The position numbers and the translations under genes were made by a program. Below, one piece after another: positions 17,921 to 28,035 of a stretch of 36,608 nt of DNA. The stretch lies in the sequence record SRR31156797_3571; one strand, 5' to 3'. The number at the start of each line of letters is the position of its first letter. Within the stretch, counting starts at the first letter, position 1. The notes below the pieces were generated by a model, which made no database searches, was not told the DNA's origin, and worked only from the letters and a program-made list of their open reading frames with translations.

Positions 17921-18706
17921 ATGAACCTTCTACTAATTTTGATCGCAGCCATAACTGTACTACTATTTGCAGGTATAAGAATCATTTTTGAATACAAAAG
18001 AGCCTTAAAATTCCGATTTGGGAAATACATCAAAATACTAAATCCAGGCTTTCGTTGGATTATCCCAATTGTTGAAACTGTTAATATTGTTGACATTCGC
18101 GTTATTACAATCAATATCGATTCCCAGGAAGTAATGACTGAAGATAATGTTCCTTGTAGCATAGACGGTGTAGTATTCTTTCAAATTAACGATCCCGAAA
18201 AGGCTGTTTTAGAAGTAGAAGAATACAAATTTGCAATTACACAGTTGGCTCAAGCTGCTTTGCGCGATGTTTGTGGAAAGGTTGAACTGGATACCATTTT
18301 ATCGAAACGAGAAGAAATGGGCAAAAACATCAAATCTATTGTGGAGAAGGAAACTGCAGTTTGGGGAATTGTAATTATCGATGTGAAAATTAAAGATATT
18401 CAATTGCCTGAGAATATGAGAAGAATGATGGCCAACCAAGCCGAAGCAGAACGCTCTCGCAGAGCCAGAGTAATTCTCGCACTAGCTGAAGAAGAAGCTG
18501 CAGAAAATCTTCTGTCTGCGGGTAAACTGATTGACAAATCCCCATCGGCAATAAAGCTACGATTGTATCAGACACTGGCGAACATTGCCTCGGAGAAAAA
18601 CTCAACTATTTTATTCCCATTTCCTGAGGAAGTATTGCCACGAAATACAAAAGAGAATGAAGGCTTAAAAATTGAAAAACCAAAGAATAAAAAGGATAAG
18701 AAGTAA
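17921..18706 (+). CDS. SPFH/Band 7 (stomatin-like, slipin) protein
   Basis: N-terminal TM; PGFRWIIP, QEVMTEDNV, LRDVCGKVELDTILSKR, IKDIQLP, QAEAERSRRA and AIKLRLYQTL. Confidence 0.93.
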   Translation: MNLLLILIAAITVLLFAGIRIIFEYKRALKFRFGKYIKILNPGFRWIIPIVETVNIVDIRVITINIDSQEVMTEDNVPCSIDGVVFFQINDPEKAVLEVEEYKFAITQLAQAALRDVCGKVELDTILSKREEMGKNIKSIVEKETAVWGIVIIDVKIKDIQLPENMRRMMANQAEAERSRRARVILALAEEEAAENLLSAGKLIDKSPSAIKLRLYQTLANIASEKNSTILFPFPEEVLPRNTKENEGLKIEKPKNKKDKK

Positions 18707-18714
18707 GATTTATC

Positions 18715-18754
18715 AAAAAAGATCCCCCAACATAAATTTGTTGAGGGATTCTTT
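18715..18754. terminator. Bidirectional terminator between stomatin and GH13 genes
   Basis: ATCCC.CAACA-N6-TGTTG.GGGAT stem flanked by an A-run and a T-run between convergent genes. Confidence 0.75.
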
Positions 18755-18771
18755 TAAACTAACTTCTATTT

Positions 18772-20622
18772 CTAATTTATTTCCAAAATAAGTGCTGATT
18801 GTGATGGAATTTCTATTCCATTTTTAAGCTGATAATTAGTCCCTGAAATGATGTCTACGGCTGATTCATTTCCTATCAACATTTCATGAAATCTTTTTGT
18901 ATCCAATTGAACAACTTCCTTATTCTTATTTAAGATAACCATTACCTTTCCAGAATCTGTATAGCGGAAGTAGGTGTAAACTCCAAAATCAGGAGCATAA
19001 TGCATTAATTTTCCCTTATGAATGATTTCATTGTTCTTTCTCCAGTTTAGGATTTTTTTCGTGAAGTTCTGTGCCTCTTTTTCCTGATCACTTAATCCTT
19101 CTCCTTTAAATGCATTTATTGTATCACCTTTCCACCCGCCAGGAAAATCACTACGTAGCATTCCATGATCACCATTTCCTTCGTCATTAGCCAAAATTTC
19201 TGTACCGTAATAAATCTGTGGAATTCCACGCATGGTAAGTGTATAAGTCATTGCTATTTTAAACAGATCGTAATCTTTATTCAACTGATTGTAAATACGA
19301 GCCATATCATGATTATCAGGAAAAATCACCAAGTTACCCGGATCTGCATACAAGAAATCGTTCGCTAGCATTTCATACAGTTTGATCCATCCTGTCCCCC
19401 AGGTTTCATCTTTTGTTAATGCCTCAACCAATGCGTTTTGAATTGGAAAATCCATTAAACTTGGCAGGTTAGAAACATAACCATCATGATTTACTTTGCC
19501 TTTTTGCCAGTAAGATACAATTGCAGGATTGGTACTCCACTCTTCACCAACAATATTAAAATTCGGATACTCATTTAGAATGCTTTCTGTCCAATTGCTT
19601 AAAAACTCTGCATCGGAATATGGGTAAGTATCTACACGAATACCAAACAAGTCAGCATACTCAATCCACCAAATAGCATTTTGAGTTAAATATTTTGCCA
19701 TAAATTCGTTTCGCTGATTCAAATCCGGCATGCTTTTCACGAACCAACCATCAGCAAATTGTTTCAAGTCCTCTTTTGATGCGTATTTATCCTGAACTAC
19801 CGAACGCTTGTGAGAACATTGCATAAACTCTGCATTGTTGTTAATCCAATCTTTCGAAGGTAAATCTTTCATCCACCAATGTTCCGATCCACAGTGATTC
19901 AAAATCACATCCATAATAATACCAACACCTTTTTCCTTTGCTACTTTAGATAGATTTTGATATTCTTCATTACTTCCATATCGCGGATCGATTTTGTAAT
20001 AATCGGTAGTTGAATATCCATGATATGAATAATTAGCCTGATTATTTTCTAAAAGTGGATTCACCCAAATAGCAGTAAATCCCATATCTGCGATATAATC
20101 CAAATTATCAACCATTCCCTGAATATCACCACCATGACGTCCATCTTTATTTGATCTATCAGCCAATTCCAACATTCCTTTAACATTATCGTTATCCGAA
20201 TTTCCGTTGGCAAAGCGATCTGGAGTAATTAAATACATCACATCAGCAGGAGTAAAACTTTTGCGTTCAGCCGAAGCATTTCTTCTCTCTTTTAGCTGAT
20301 AGTTGTATTTTACTTTTGTTTTCTTTCCCTTTTTAAAAAGGATATCAAAACTTCCCGCTTTCACGTCCTTAGCCAATTGTAAATCAACAAACAAGTAATT
20401 GGGATTCTCTACTTTATTTATCTTTTTAATACTTACCCCAGGATAAGTTAATTCTGGCACCAGCTCAGAGATATTTTCACCATGAACCAACAATTGCAAA
20501 TTTGGATTTTGCATGTTTGCCCACCAAAATGCAGGCTCCAAATGATCTATTTTGTGTTTTGTTGAAAAAGCTAAATTTCCTAATAACAATACACTTATAA
20601 ATACTAATAATACTCGTTTCAT
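18772..20622 (-). CDS. GH13 cyclomaltodextrinase/neopullulanase (SusA-like), paralog 1
   Basis: Signal peptide; N-domain LEPAFWW..LQLLVHGENI; YLITPDRFANG, YHGY; catalytic GIRVDTYPY / VGEEW / DNHD. Confidence 0.92.
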   Translation of the reverse strand: MKRVLLVFISVLLLGNLAFSTKHKIDHLEPAFWWANMQNPNLQLLVHGENISELVPELTYPGVSIKKINKVENPNYLFVDLQLAKDVKAGSFDILFKKGKKTKVKYNYQLKERRNASAERKSFTPADVMYLITPDRFANGNSDNDNVKGMLELADRSNKDGRHGGDIQGMVDNLDYIADMGFTAIWVNPLLENNQANYSYHGYSTTDYYKIDPRYGSNEEYQNLSKVAKEKGVGIIMDVILNHCGSEHWWMKDLPSKDWINNNAEFMQCSHKRSVVQDKYASKEDLKQFADGWFVKSMPDLNQRNEFMAKYLTQNAIWWIEYADLFGIRVDTYPYSDAEFLSNWTESILNEYPNFNIVGEEWSTNPAIVSYWQKGKVNHDGYVSNLPSLMDFPIQNALVEALTKDETWGTGWIKLYEMLANDFLYADPGNLVIFPDNHDMARIYNQLNKDYDLFKIAMTYTLTMRGIPQIYYGTEILANDEGNGDHGMLRSDFPGGWKGDTINAFKGEGLSDQEKEAQNFTKKILNWRKNNEIIHKGKLMHYAPDFGVYTYFRYTDSGKVMVILNKNKEVVQLDTKRFHEMLIGNESAVDIISGTNYQLKNGIEIPSQSALILEIN

Positions 20623-20631
20623 ATTATTTCC

Positions 20632-22311
20632 TTATTTTAAAATTTCATAGTTACATTTCACCCAATCAAAATCGGCATGAGCCTTACTTTTATTTCCATT
20701 CGAGGTACAATACAAGCCAAAGTAGGCGCCTGTATATCCTCTACTAATGATATAATTGTTTTCAATTGCGATCAGAGTTTTAAACCGATCTCCATCATAC
20801 ATAGAATATTCAAATTGATATTCATCTTTAGTTCCCGTTACCCTAAATACGATATCTCCTTTATAATCTTTTAACTCAATCTCCTTTATTAGTTCTGCTT
20901 CTTTATTATTAGATTTCACTGTCAGTTGTAAAACATAAGCATGTTTCTTTCTCTGAACTGTTAAGTTGATGTAATTATCATCTTTCTGAAATAAACTCAG
21001 TCCCGCTTCAACACTCTTTTGTTTTGTTTTAAAGTTCATTTTCACTTCATAATCAAACAAACTTTGTCGTTGTCTGAATCCTATTAAACTAGCTCTTCCA
21101 CGCTCTTTGATTTCATTAGGATGTGCAAACAGTCGTAGGTGATTATCCCGATCAGCTAAGGAGTAAATGTTTTCTAATGGAACTCTTCTAAAATTCCATT
21201 CTAAATTCAAAGTATTCTTATTAAACTCATCTGTAAAATTATTTCTACTAGATTGGCTCGTATTATCAAAAGGCATTGGATTGTTACGTTCTACTCTTCC
21301 CGTTTGAGGAGCACATACTGGCCAATCATATTTTATTTCCTGCCATTCGAATGGTTCCCTTTCCCATTGTACTGGGATTAAATGAGTCTCACGTCCCATA
21401 TTGGTTCGGCGATCAATATCTCCTCGAATTCCTAAAGCTACCATATACCATCTTCCATCCTGCAACTCAATTAAATCGGCATGACCTGTGCTGTTTACCC
21501 AAAAATCATAAGTCAAATGCCTGGTTGAAAGGATAGGATTTCGTGGATTCGAAAAGTAAGGACCTTTAATATCATCACTCGCTGCTATCATTACAGCATG
21601 ATTAAAGCTGGTTCCCCCTTCGGCTACCATTAGGTAATATCTTCCATCATGTTTATACATATGTGGTCCTTCGACCCATACTCCGCCACACGCTCCTCGC
21701 CACAGGTAATTTCTTTTACCTGTTAACTTCCAATTTTCCAAATCTATTTCCTGCAACCAAATTTCTCCCTCTCCATCGAAATTCGGATTCTCAGGAGAAT
21801 GAGTACCAACATACCAAACTTTACCATCATCATCGAAGAATATATCAGGATCGATTCCAGGAGCACCTTTCAGCACATGTGGTTCGGACCAAGGTCCTTC
21901 TGGTGATTCAGCTGTAATAATAAAGTTCACGAACTTGGTAGACTCTTCTTTATTATTGGGATCGTAATAAACATTTGTAGTAATAATATAGAAAGTACCT
22001 TCATGATAACGAATAGTAGGTGCATGTATACCTCCATTTGAATTCACATCCACCAAATTTACTGCACCATTACATTGATCTACTCGATGTAAACCATAAC
22101 CAATAAGCTCCCAATTTACCAAATCGGTACTGTGATGTATGGGTAGTCCGGGAAAATACTCAAAAGTAGAGTTTACCATGTAAAAATTATCACCTACTCT
22201 GCAAATAGATGGATCTGGATATCCTCCTGATAGTATTGGATTAGTAAAAGTTTTTTCCTGCGCAAACAGAGCTGTTGACAGAAGGATAAACAAATAAACT
22301 AATTTTCTCAT
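20632..22311 (-). CDS. GH43 beta-xylosidase/alpha-arabinofuranosidase with C-terminal beta-sandwich
   Basis: NPILSGGYPDPSICRV (base), GIDPDIFFDDDG (pKa modulator), WVEGPHMYK (acid), GHADL and MGRET. Confidence 0.93.
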   Translation of the reverse strand: MRKLVYLFILLSTALFAQEKTFTNPILSGGYPDPSICRVGDNFYMVNSTFEYFPGLPIHHSTDLVNWELIGYGLHRVDQCNGAVNLVDVNSNGGIHAPTIRYHEGTFYIITTNVYYDPNNKEESTKFVNFIITAESPEGPWSEPHVLKGAPGIDPDIFFDDDGKVWYVGTHSPENPNFDGEGEIWLQEIDLENWKLTGKRNYLWRGACGGVWVEGPHMYKHDGRYYLMVAEGGTSFNHAVMIAASDDIKGPYFSNPRNPILSTRHLTYDFWVNSTGHADLIELQDGRWYMVALGIRGDIDRRTNMGRETHLIPVQWEREPFEWQEIKYDWPVCAPQTGRVERNNPMPFDNTSQSSRNNFTDEFNKNTLNLEWNFRRVPLENIYSLADRDNHLRLFAHPNEIKERGRASLIGFRQRQSLFDYEVKMNFKTKQKSVEAGLSLFQKDDNYINLTVQRKKHAYVLQLTVKSNNKEAELIKEIELKDYKGDIVFRVTGTKDEYQFEYSMYDGDRFKTLIAIENNYIISRGYTGAYFGLYCTSNGNKSKAHADFDWVKCNYEILK

Positions 22312-22348
22312 ATCTGGGTTTTAAAAAAGTGTTGATTGAATAATGTTT

Positions 22349-23290
22349 TTACTGTTTCTTCCCGCTTTCCTTATGATTCTCCTCATTTAGCAGATAAACA
22401 GATTCAGCAAACTTAATACCTAGATCGATATATCCCTCACTATCGTAATGCCATGGATCTGAGTATTTATAGTATCTTGTACTTCGCACGATTGCTGCTT
22501 TCTCATCTTCTTTTACAAATTTTTCCTGCGCATATTGAACCAATTCAGCATAATCCCATACTTTGCCATCTTCACTTTTCCATGAATCTGATATTTTTCC
22601 TATAACAACCGGTAAATCATCAATCAGGAAAGCTGCGCGTATCAAATTCATCAAACGGGTAAGATTCGTATAATATCGTTTGGCTATGTCTTCTGTAACA
22701 ACAGCATCGCTCTCCCCTTGCATCCAGATAATTCCCTGTGGAATTAATATATCTTCTTTACCATCACCATTAATATCATGTATTTGATTGGCATTTCTTA
22801 ATGTTGCAAGAAAATGATCGTATTGGTTAATGCCGGTTGCACCCTTGTAATCTGGTTCCCAGCAACCTGCATAAGAAGCAAGGCTATCAATAGAAGTTCC
22901 TCCCCTGGAATATTTAATAATGGCAATTTTTTCGTTCGGGTATAACTCCTGAAGCCTTTTTACAAAAGATAATTCAACGCCAAAACGATCGGAAAGCTTG
23001 TTTACAATTCCATTAGAGGAAAAGCCAACTCCATGTCCGGCTTTTAATGTCTCCCATATTCCTAAACCTCCATTGTTTTGGTCATCGCCAACAATATTTC
23101 CATGAAATATATAAACATTTTTAAACTCCATATTTAAGGAATCTGGCAATTCAGAATTAAAACCATATCCATCCATATTCGATTGTCCTCCCAAATAGAA
23201 GAGTCTAAATGTATCTCCTTTGTCGGTTTGTGCAACAGCCACAATTGGTATAATAATGCTAATCAAAACAACAATTAGTACTCGTTTCAT
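22349..23290 (-). CDS. SGNH-type carbohydrate acetylesterase (SASA/CE6-like)
   Basis: GGQSNM (catalytic Ser), GGTSI, WMQGESD and DPWH (DxxH); signal peptide. Confidence 0.9.
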   Translation of the reverse strand: MKRVLIVVLISIIIPIVAVAQTDKGDTFRLFYLGGQSNMDGYGFNSELPDSLNMEFKNVYIFHGNIVGDDQNNGGLGIWETLKAGHGVGFSSNGIVNKLSDRFGVELSFVKRLQELYPNEKIAIIKYSRGGTSIDSLASYAGCWEPDYKGATGINQYDHFLATLRNANQIHDINGDGKEDILIPQGIIWMQGESDAVVTEDIAKRYYTNLTRLMNLIRAAFLIDDLPVVIGKISDSWKSEDGKVWDYAELVQYAQEKFVKEDEKAAIVRSTRYYKYSDPWHYDSEGYIDLGIKFAESVYLLNEENHKESGKKQ

Positions 23291-23406
23291 CCATTTAAAA
23301 TTTTAAAGATTTCTCAATTATTAATTATTTGTAAGTAAACATCATCTTCACCTAATTAATTCATCTTAAATACTCAAGTAACAAAGCATATAAGTAGGAA
23401 ACAAAT

Positions 23407-23435
23407 TATTTACGTTAACAACAATTTCAAAAGTA
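23407..23435 (-). promoter_or_regulatory. -7 element TACTTTTG (23428-23435) with adjacent LacI-like dyad (23407-23420)
   Basis: TAnnTTTG match. The imperfect CG-centred palindrome TATTTAC|GTTAACA lies just downstream in the transcription direction. Confidence 0.45.
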
Positions 23436-23516
23436 CATATAACACAACACTTTATCCAAGGTCATATGTCCTCGCTATTCTGTATTTAGTACTCATAAAA
23501 TGGCACTTGTATTATT

Positions 23517-25946
23517 TCAGCTACAAATCTTCTTCAATTTCTGATAATCTATATAATATTTCAATCGAAGCGAAAGACTGTTAACTTGATCTTTACCAAA
23601 CATATTGGAAAAATTATCCCAATAATTTCTATCAATACGAGAATTATTCACCTGTACACTATTTTTCCATGCTAGTGTTAATTCACTTCCCGGGGCAAAC
23701 TCCCAAGTATAAATCATATCTAAATTAAAAGAATTGTAGTTAATATGATTGTGATTTTCGTATTCAGATTGCTCTCTCATTGAGCCATTATCATTCAACA
23801 AATAACTCTCTTTGTATTCCACTTCTGACCAATAATGCCTCGCTCTCAAACTTAAAGATGCCTTTTGATTAAAAATCCAGCTTGCTTCGAGTGTATTGGT
23901 AAAAGTATTGATATCACGATTGACAAAATAAATCTCACTTGTCTCCTCGTTATAATCAGCAAAACCCAGACTATTCTTATTCAGTTCGTAATAGAAATAA
24001 TGTTTAAACAAAAGTTTATCACTCACTCGCAATTGAGGAGTAAGCTCTAACCAATAGCTAGACTTACCAAATGTTCTTCCTTTCCAATATGCAATACGCG
24101 TATTTATAGCCAATGATTTTCGATGATCGGTATCATGAGTTAAGCGAAGCCAAAAATCAGTAGGTTCCTTATATTTTCTGCCGATAACACGTGGTTCGTA
24201 ATAATCATATTTTGGTACGGGAGTCAAGCTTCCTTCCATAGTAATTGCCGAATAATTCTGAAATACTAATTTACTTTGACCGTACAATTCCAATTTTGAA
24301 AACCGATTTGGATGATACAAACTATTATGAGTAATACTTAGCTGATTTGTGAACTCATTGATATTGCCAAATGGATGATAATTATTGTATTTAAAAACCG
24401 CGACATTGCTCTGTTCATTGTTCTTTTCAAGATATCCCATGGCATTGGGATCAAATTTATGGTCGATGCTTTTATGTATCAGATCAAACTGAAATTTTCC
24501 TTTGATACGTGACAATTGTAAGTGATAACGCACACCATATTTATTTGAATCTTCCTTTTTATTTTGACTTAAAGCCGCATTTCCCGAAATAGCATAAACA
24601 CCACTTTTATTTGTGAATTTGAATTCTGTGGCACTAACCATCGAACGATAATCATCACCAAGATGTAGCATGTGTGTATTCGCCAAACTCAGGTAAGATT
24701 GATTTCCCAAAGATTGATCTAAAACAAGCATATTATAATTGGCAATTCCCTGAGTCAAATAGTTTCTTGTGGTATGGCTTACAGTATCCCTTATGTATGC
24801 ATAAGTTTTCTTATTCACAGCATTTATGAATCCAATTCCAAGTCCTTTATTGGTTCTACCAGATATTTTAACGGCATTTATTAACCGCGTTTCGTTAGGG
24901 TTTTCTTTTATGATTTCATTTTGCTGTAAAGATTCAGATACCTTCTCTTTATTAATCGGTTCTCCACCCAAACGACGAGAATAAAATATATTACCCTTAT
25001 TAAAAATCTCAGTTCCCTCTGTAAAAAAAGATCGCTTTTCATCGTAGAAAGTTTCAAATGGACTTAGATTTAATTCCTGGTCATCAGATTCTACCTGTCC
25101 AAAATCAGGAATTAGCATCATATCGAGTGTAAAACTCTCGTTAATACCATATTTTACATCCATTCCTCCCTTAAAAGACCATGAATCGTTTTTACTGTTG
25201 CTATTGCTACTAATATAAAACGAAACATAAGGACTAAACGACAATCTGGTTTTAGGTTCTACACCCTCTATTCCATGCAGTTCACCCGCCTGATTCAACC
25301 ATCCTACAACATCTTTATTTACAAAATTCCAGGTAATACCTTCATTCTTGCGTTTGATCAATCTAAAGATATTCATTTCCCACACCTGAACATCCTTTTT
25401 AGGAAACCGAAGAGCCGAGTAAGGAATTCTCATTTCAACAATCCACCCTTCATCACTTAATCGTACCTTACTACTCCAAACTGCATCCCAACTTTTATTC
25501 ATTCTAGCAATTGTATTGTGCGAATCCATTTGAATTCCTGAAGCTGATACCATAAATTCCATAGCTGTTCTGCTGTCATTCCAAGGATTAATTTCAATTG
25601 AAAACAGATCGGCGTTTAGCTGATCTCCAGCATCTCTCAATCCATACTCTGTAAGAATACTATCTGGAGCTGAATCGTAAAGCATGGCTCCAACATAAAG
25701 CGCATCATCATCGTAAATTACTTTTACAATGGTACGTTCGCTTGGGTTTCCACCATTTAAAGGACTTTGTTGAATAAAATTTTCAATAGAAGGAGCATGC
25801 TTCCAAGATTCATCATTCAAGTTAGCATCAATTTTAGGAGCCTGAGCACACCTTGATGTTTGAAAAATTTTGCGTTTGTTTTTTGCATGAACAGGTGAAA
25901 ACAAAACACAACATAAAATGATCAATATAAAAGAATATAATTTCAT
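23517..25946 (-). CDS. DUF5916 protein with N-terminal CBM9-like domain, probable outer-membrane beta-barrel
   Basis: APKIDANLNDESW, YDDDALY, WDAVW..GWIVEMRIPYSALRF, PDFGQVESD and EKRSFFTEG; C-terminal amphipathic strands (YTWEFAPGSEL.LAWK). Confidence 0.87.
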   Translation of the reverse strand: MKLYSFILIILCCVLFSPVHAKNKRKIFQTSRCAQAPKIDANLNDESWKHAPSIENFIQQSPLNGGNPSERTIVKVIYDDDALYVGAMLYDSAPDSILTEYGLRDAGDQLNADLFSIEINPWNDSRTAMEFMVSASGIQMDSHNTIARMNKSWDAVWSSKVRLSDEGWIVEMRIPYSALRFPKKDVQVWEMNIFRLIKRKNEGITWNFVNKDVVGWLNQAGELHGIEGVEPKTRLSFSPYVSFYISSNSNSKNDSWSFKGGMDVKYGINESFTLDMMLIPDFGQVESDDQELNLSPFETFYDEKRSFFTEGTEIFNKGNIFYSRRLGGEPINKEKVSESLQQNEIIKENPNETRLINAVKISGRTNKGLGIGFINAVNKKTYAYIRDTVSHTTRNYLTQGIANYNMLVLDQSLGNQSYLSLANTHMLHLGDDYRSMVSATEFKFTNKSGVYAISGNAALSQNKKEDSNKYGVRYHLQLSRIKGKFQFDLIHKSIDHKFDPNAMGYLEKNNEQSNVAVFKYNNYHPFGNINEFTNQLSITHNSLYHPNRFSKLELYGQSKLVFQNYSAITMEGSLTPVPKYDYYEPRVIGRKYKEPTDFWLRLTHDTDHRKSLAINTRIAYWKGRTFGKSSYWLELTPQLRVSDKLLFKHYFYYELNKNSLGFADYNEETSEIYFVNRDINTFTNTLEASWIFNQKASLSLRARHYWSEVEYKESYLLNDNGSMREQSEYENHNHINYNSFNLDMIYTWEFAPGSELTLAWKNSVQVNNSRIDRNYWDNFSNMFGKDQVNSLSLRLKYYIDYQKLKKICS

Positions 25947-26046
25947 AGAATTAGTTAGATTTTCTTAGACCGTGACAATTATATCTACTACAATTGAATC
26001 CTACTAATCCTATTGACCAACAACTTTATGTCTATGCTACTCAGTT

Positions 26047-26054
26047 TACATTTG
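26047..26054 (+). promoter_or_regulatory. -7 promoter element (TACATTTG) for lytS/lytR-like pair
   Basis: TAnnTTTG match on the plus strand upstream of the kinase. Confidence 0.5.
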
Positions 26055-26200
26055 CATTTTAAAACGCACCAATTACAATTCATGTGCTTCGTCCTTGTAA
26101 ACATGCGTTCCATCCATTCCAGAAGTATAAAATCAATGAATAGTTGCAAAATATTTTAAAATCCCTTACATATGTATATTAAGAATTGACCTGTGAACAA

Positions 26201-27262
26201 ATGCAAATCATAACTTCTGATAACAAGTGGCTTTCCCATATTACAAACAATAGAACTGTACAACACCTATCTTATTGGATTATTTTTGTACTGTTCTTTG
26301 CTTATGCCTGGGGAACTTACGATGCTAATTATCTAAAAACAATTAAGGTTGAGCTGATTAATCTACCAGTAAAAATCCTTCTTGTCTATAGTGTAATTTA
26401 CTACCTGTATCCCAAGTTCTTGTTCAACAGAAAGATTTGGCTCTTTCTGTTCTTCTTTGTAATATTCGTTTCTTTGGCGGCAGTTTTACAACGTATAACA
26501 GATAATCTGATAATTGTAGAGTACTTTTTTCCGAATTGGGAAAAAGCTCCAACATTTTCTTTTTCTCAAATCGTTAGAAGTGCAGTTAACCTTGGATCTG
26601 TTTTGGTTCTTCCAATGACTGTGAAAATAATGGAATATCTGGCAAAGGTTCAGCAGAACGAACAAATACTTGCGAAAGAAAAACTGGAAGCGGAACTTTC
26701 TTTTTTGAAAAATCAGGTTCAACCTCACTTCTTATTTAATACGTTAAACAGTCTTTATTCTTTAATTTTGAAAAAATCTGATCAATCGCTTGATGTGGTT
26801 TTAAAATTATCAGAATTATTAAGGTATATGCTTTATGAAACCAATTCTACCCAAGTTGATTTACCGAAAGAAATTGACTGCATCAGAAGTTATCTGGATT
26901 TAGAAAAGATTCGTTATGGTAATCGTATAGATCTTAGTTTGAATATTTGGGGTGATATCAATACCAATAGAATTGCACCTATGATTATTCTACCTTTTAT
27001 AGAAAATGCCTTTAAGCATAGTACAAAAGGATTCGATGGACAGGCTTGGATTACTGTAGAAATTGGCATTAAGAATAAGGATTTAATCCTTAAAATTGAA
27101 AATAGTATTCCTAATGCGAGTTCTGATCAGAACTCAATTGTGGGAGGTATTGGCTTGCAAAATGTAAAAAGGAGATTATCTTTAATTTATCCGGAGCGAC
27201 ATGACTTAAAAATCGATAGAACCAAAGAAAACTATTGTGTTCACTTAAATTTAGAACTGTAA
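26201..27262 (+). CDS. LytS/YehU-type membrane sensor histidine kinase
   Basis: Four TM segments; H-box LKNQVQPHFLFNTLN, LRYMLYE, PFIENAFKH and GGIGLQNVKRRL. Confidence 0.93.
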   Translation: MQIITSDNKWLSHITNNRTVQHLSYWIIFVLFFAYAWGTYDANYLKTIKVELINLPVKILLVYSVIYYLYPKFLFNRKIWLFLFFFVIFVSLAAVLQRITDNLIIVEYFFPNWEKAPTFSFSQIVRSAVNLGSVLVLPMTVKIMEYLAKVQQNEQILAKEKLEAELSFLKNQVQPHFLFNTLNSLYSLILKKSDQSLDVVLKLSELLRYMLYETNSTQVDLPKEIDCIRSYLDLEKIRYGNRIDLSLNIWGDINTNRIAPMIILPFIENAFKHSTKGFDGQAWITVEIGIKNKDLILKIENSIPNASSDQNSIVGGIGLQNVKRRLSLIYPERHDLKIDRTKENYCVHLNLEL

Positions 27263-27987
27263 TGAAGGTAAAATGTTTGATTGTTGACGATGAAGATTTG
27301 GCTCTTGATGTCATTGAAGAATATATAAATCGAATTGAATATTTGCAATTGGAAGGGAAATGCAAAAGTGCTGTTGAAGCCTTATCAATTTTAAACAGCA
27401 AACAAATTGATTTACTTTTCCTTGACATTCAAATGCCGGGCTTAACAGGAATTCAACTGCTTAGAAATATATCCAATCCGCCAACAGTTATTTTCACAAC
27501 TGCTTATTCTGAATTTGCCGTAGAAGGATTTGAATTGGAAGCACTGGATTATTTAATTAAACCTATTCCTTTCGGCAGATTTATTAATGCTGTTAACCGA
27601 TATTTCAAGCTCAAGAAGCATGATTTTAGAATCCCCGAGAAAAAAGAGCAAAGCACTTCAGACCATCCATTTGTATTTGTAAAATCAGATAAAAAAATGG
27701 TAAAGGTTTTTCTTCATGAGATTTTATATATCGAAAGTCAAAGAAACTATGTGTCAATTTATCTGGAAAATAAGCAAGAAATTGTAACCCTAAATACAAT
27801 TAGCAATATTGAAGAAAAACTGCCTGAAAGTAGTTTCCTAAGAGTTCACAGATCATTCATTATTGCCATAGATAAAATTGAAAGCTACACAACAACAATA
27901 ATTGGTATTAATTCTCAACAGATTCCAATTGGAAGAAACTACAAAAGCATGGTGATGAGCATTTTGGAAGAAAACTCTATCGATTAG
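27262..27987 (+). CDS. LytTR family response regulator
   Basis: LIVDDE, LLFLDIQMP, TTAY and DYLIKP receiver motifs; LytTR ILYIES..FLRVHRSFII..IPIGRNYK. TAATG overlap with the kinase. Confidence 0.95.
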   Translation: MKVKCLIVDDEDLALDVIEEYINRIEYLQLEGKCKSAVEALSILNSKQIDLLFLDIQMPGLTGIQLLRNISNPPTVIFTTAYSEFAVEGFELEALDYLIKPIPFGRFINAVNRYFKLKKHDFRIPEKKEQSTSDHPFVFVKSDKKMVKVFLHEILYIESQRNYVSIYLENKQEIVTLNTISNIEEKLPESSFLRVHRSFIIAIDKIESYTTTIIGINSQQIPIGRNYKSMVMSILEENSID

Positions 27988-28008
27988 ATCCTTAAAATAG
28001 TAGAAACA

Positions 28009-28035
28009 GAAAAGCCGCTCATAGAGCGGCTTTTC
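28009..28035. terminator. Bidirectional intrinsic terminator
   Basis: Perfect GAAAAGCCGCTC-ATA-GAGCGGCTTTTC between convergent genes. Confidence 0.85.
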
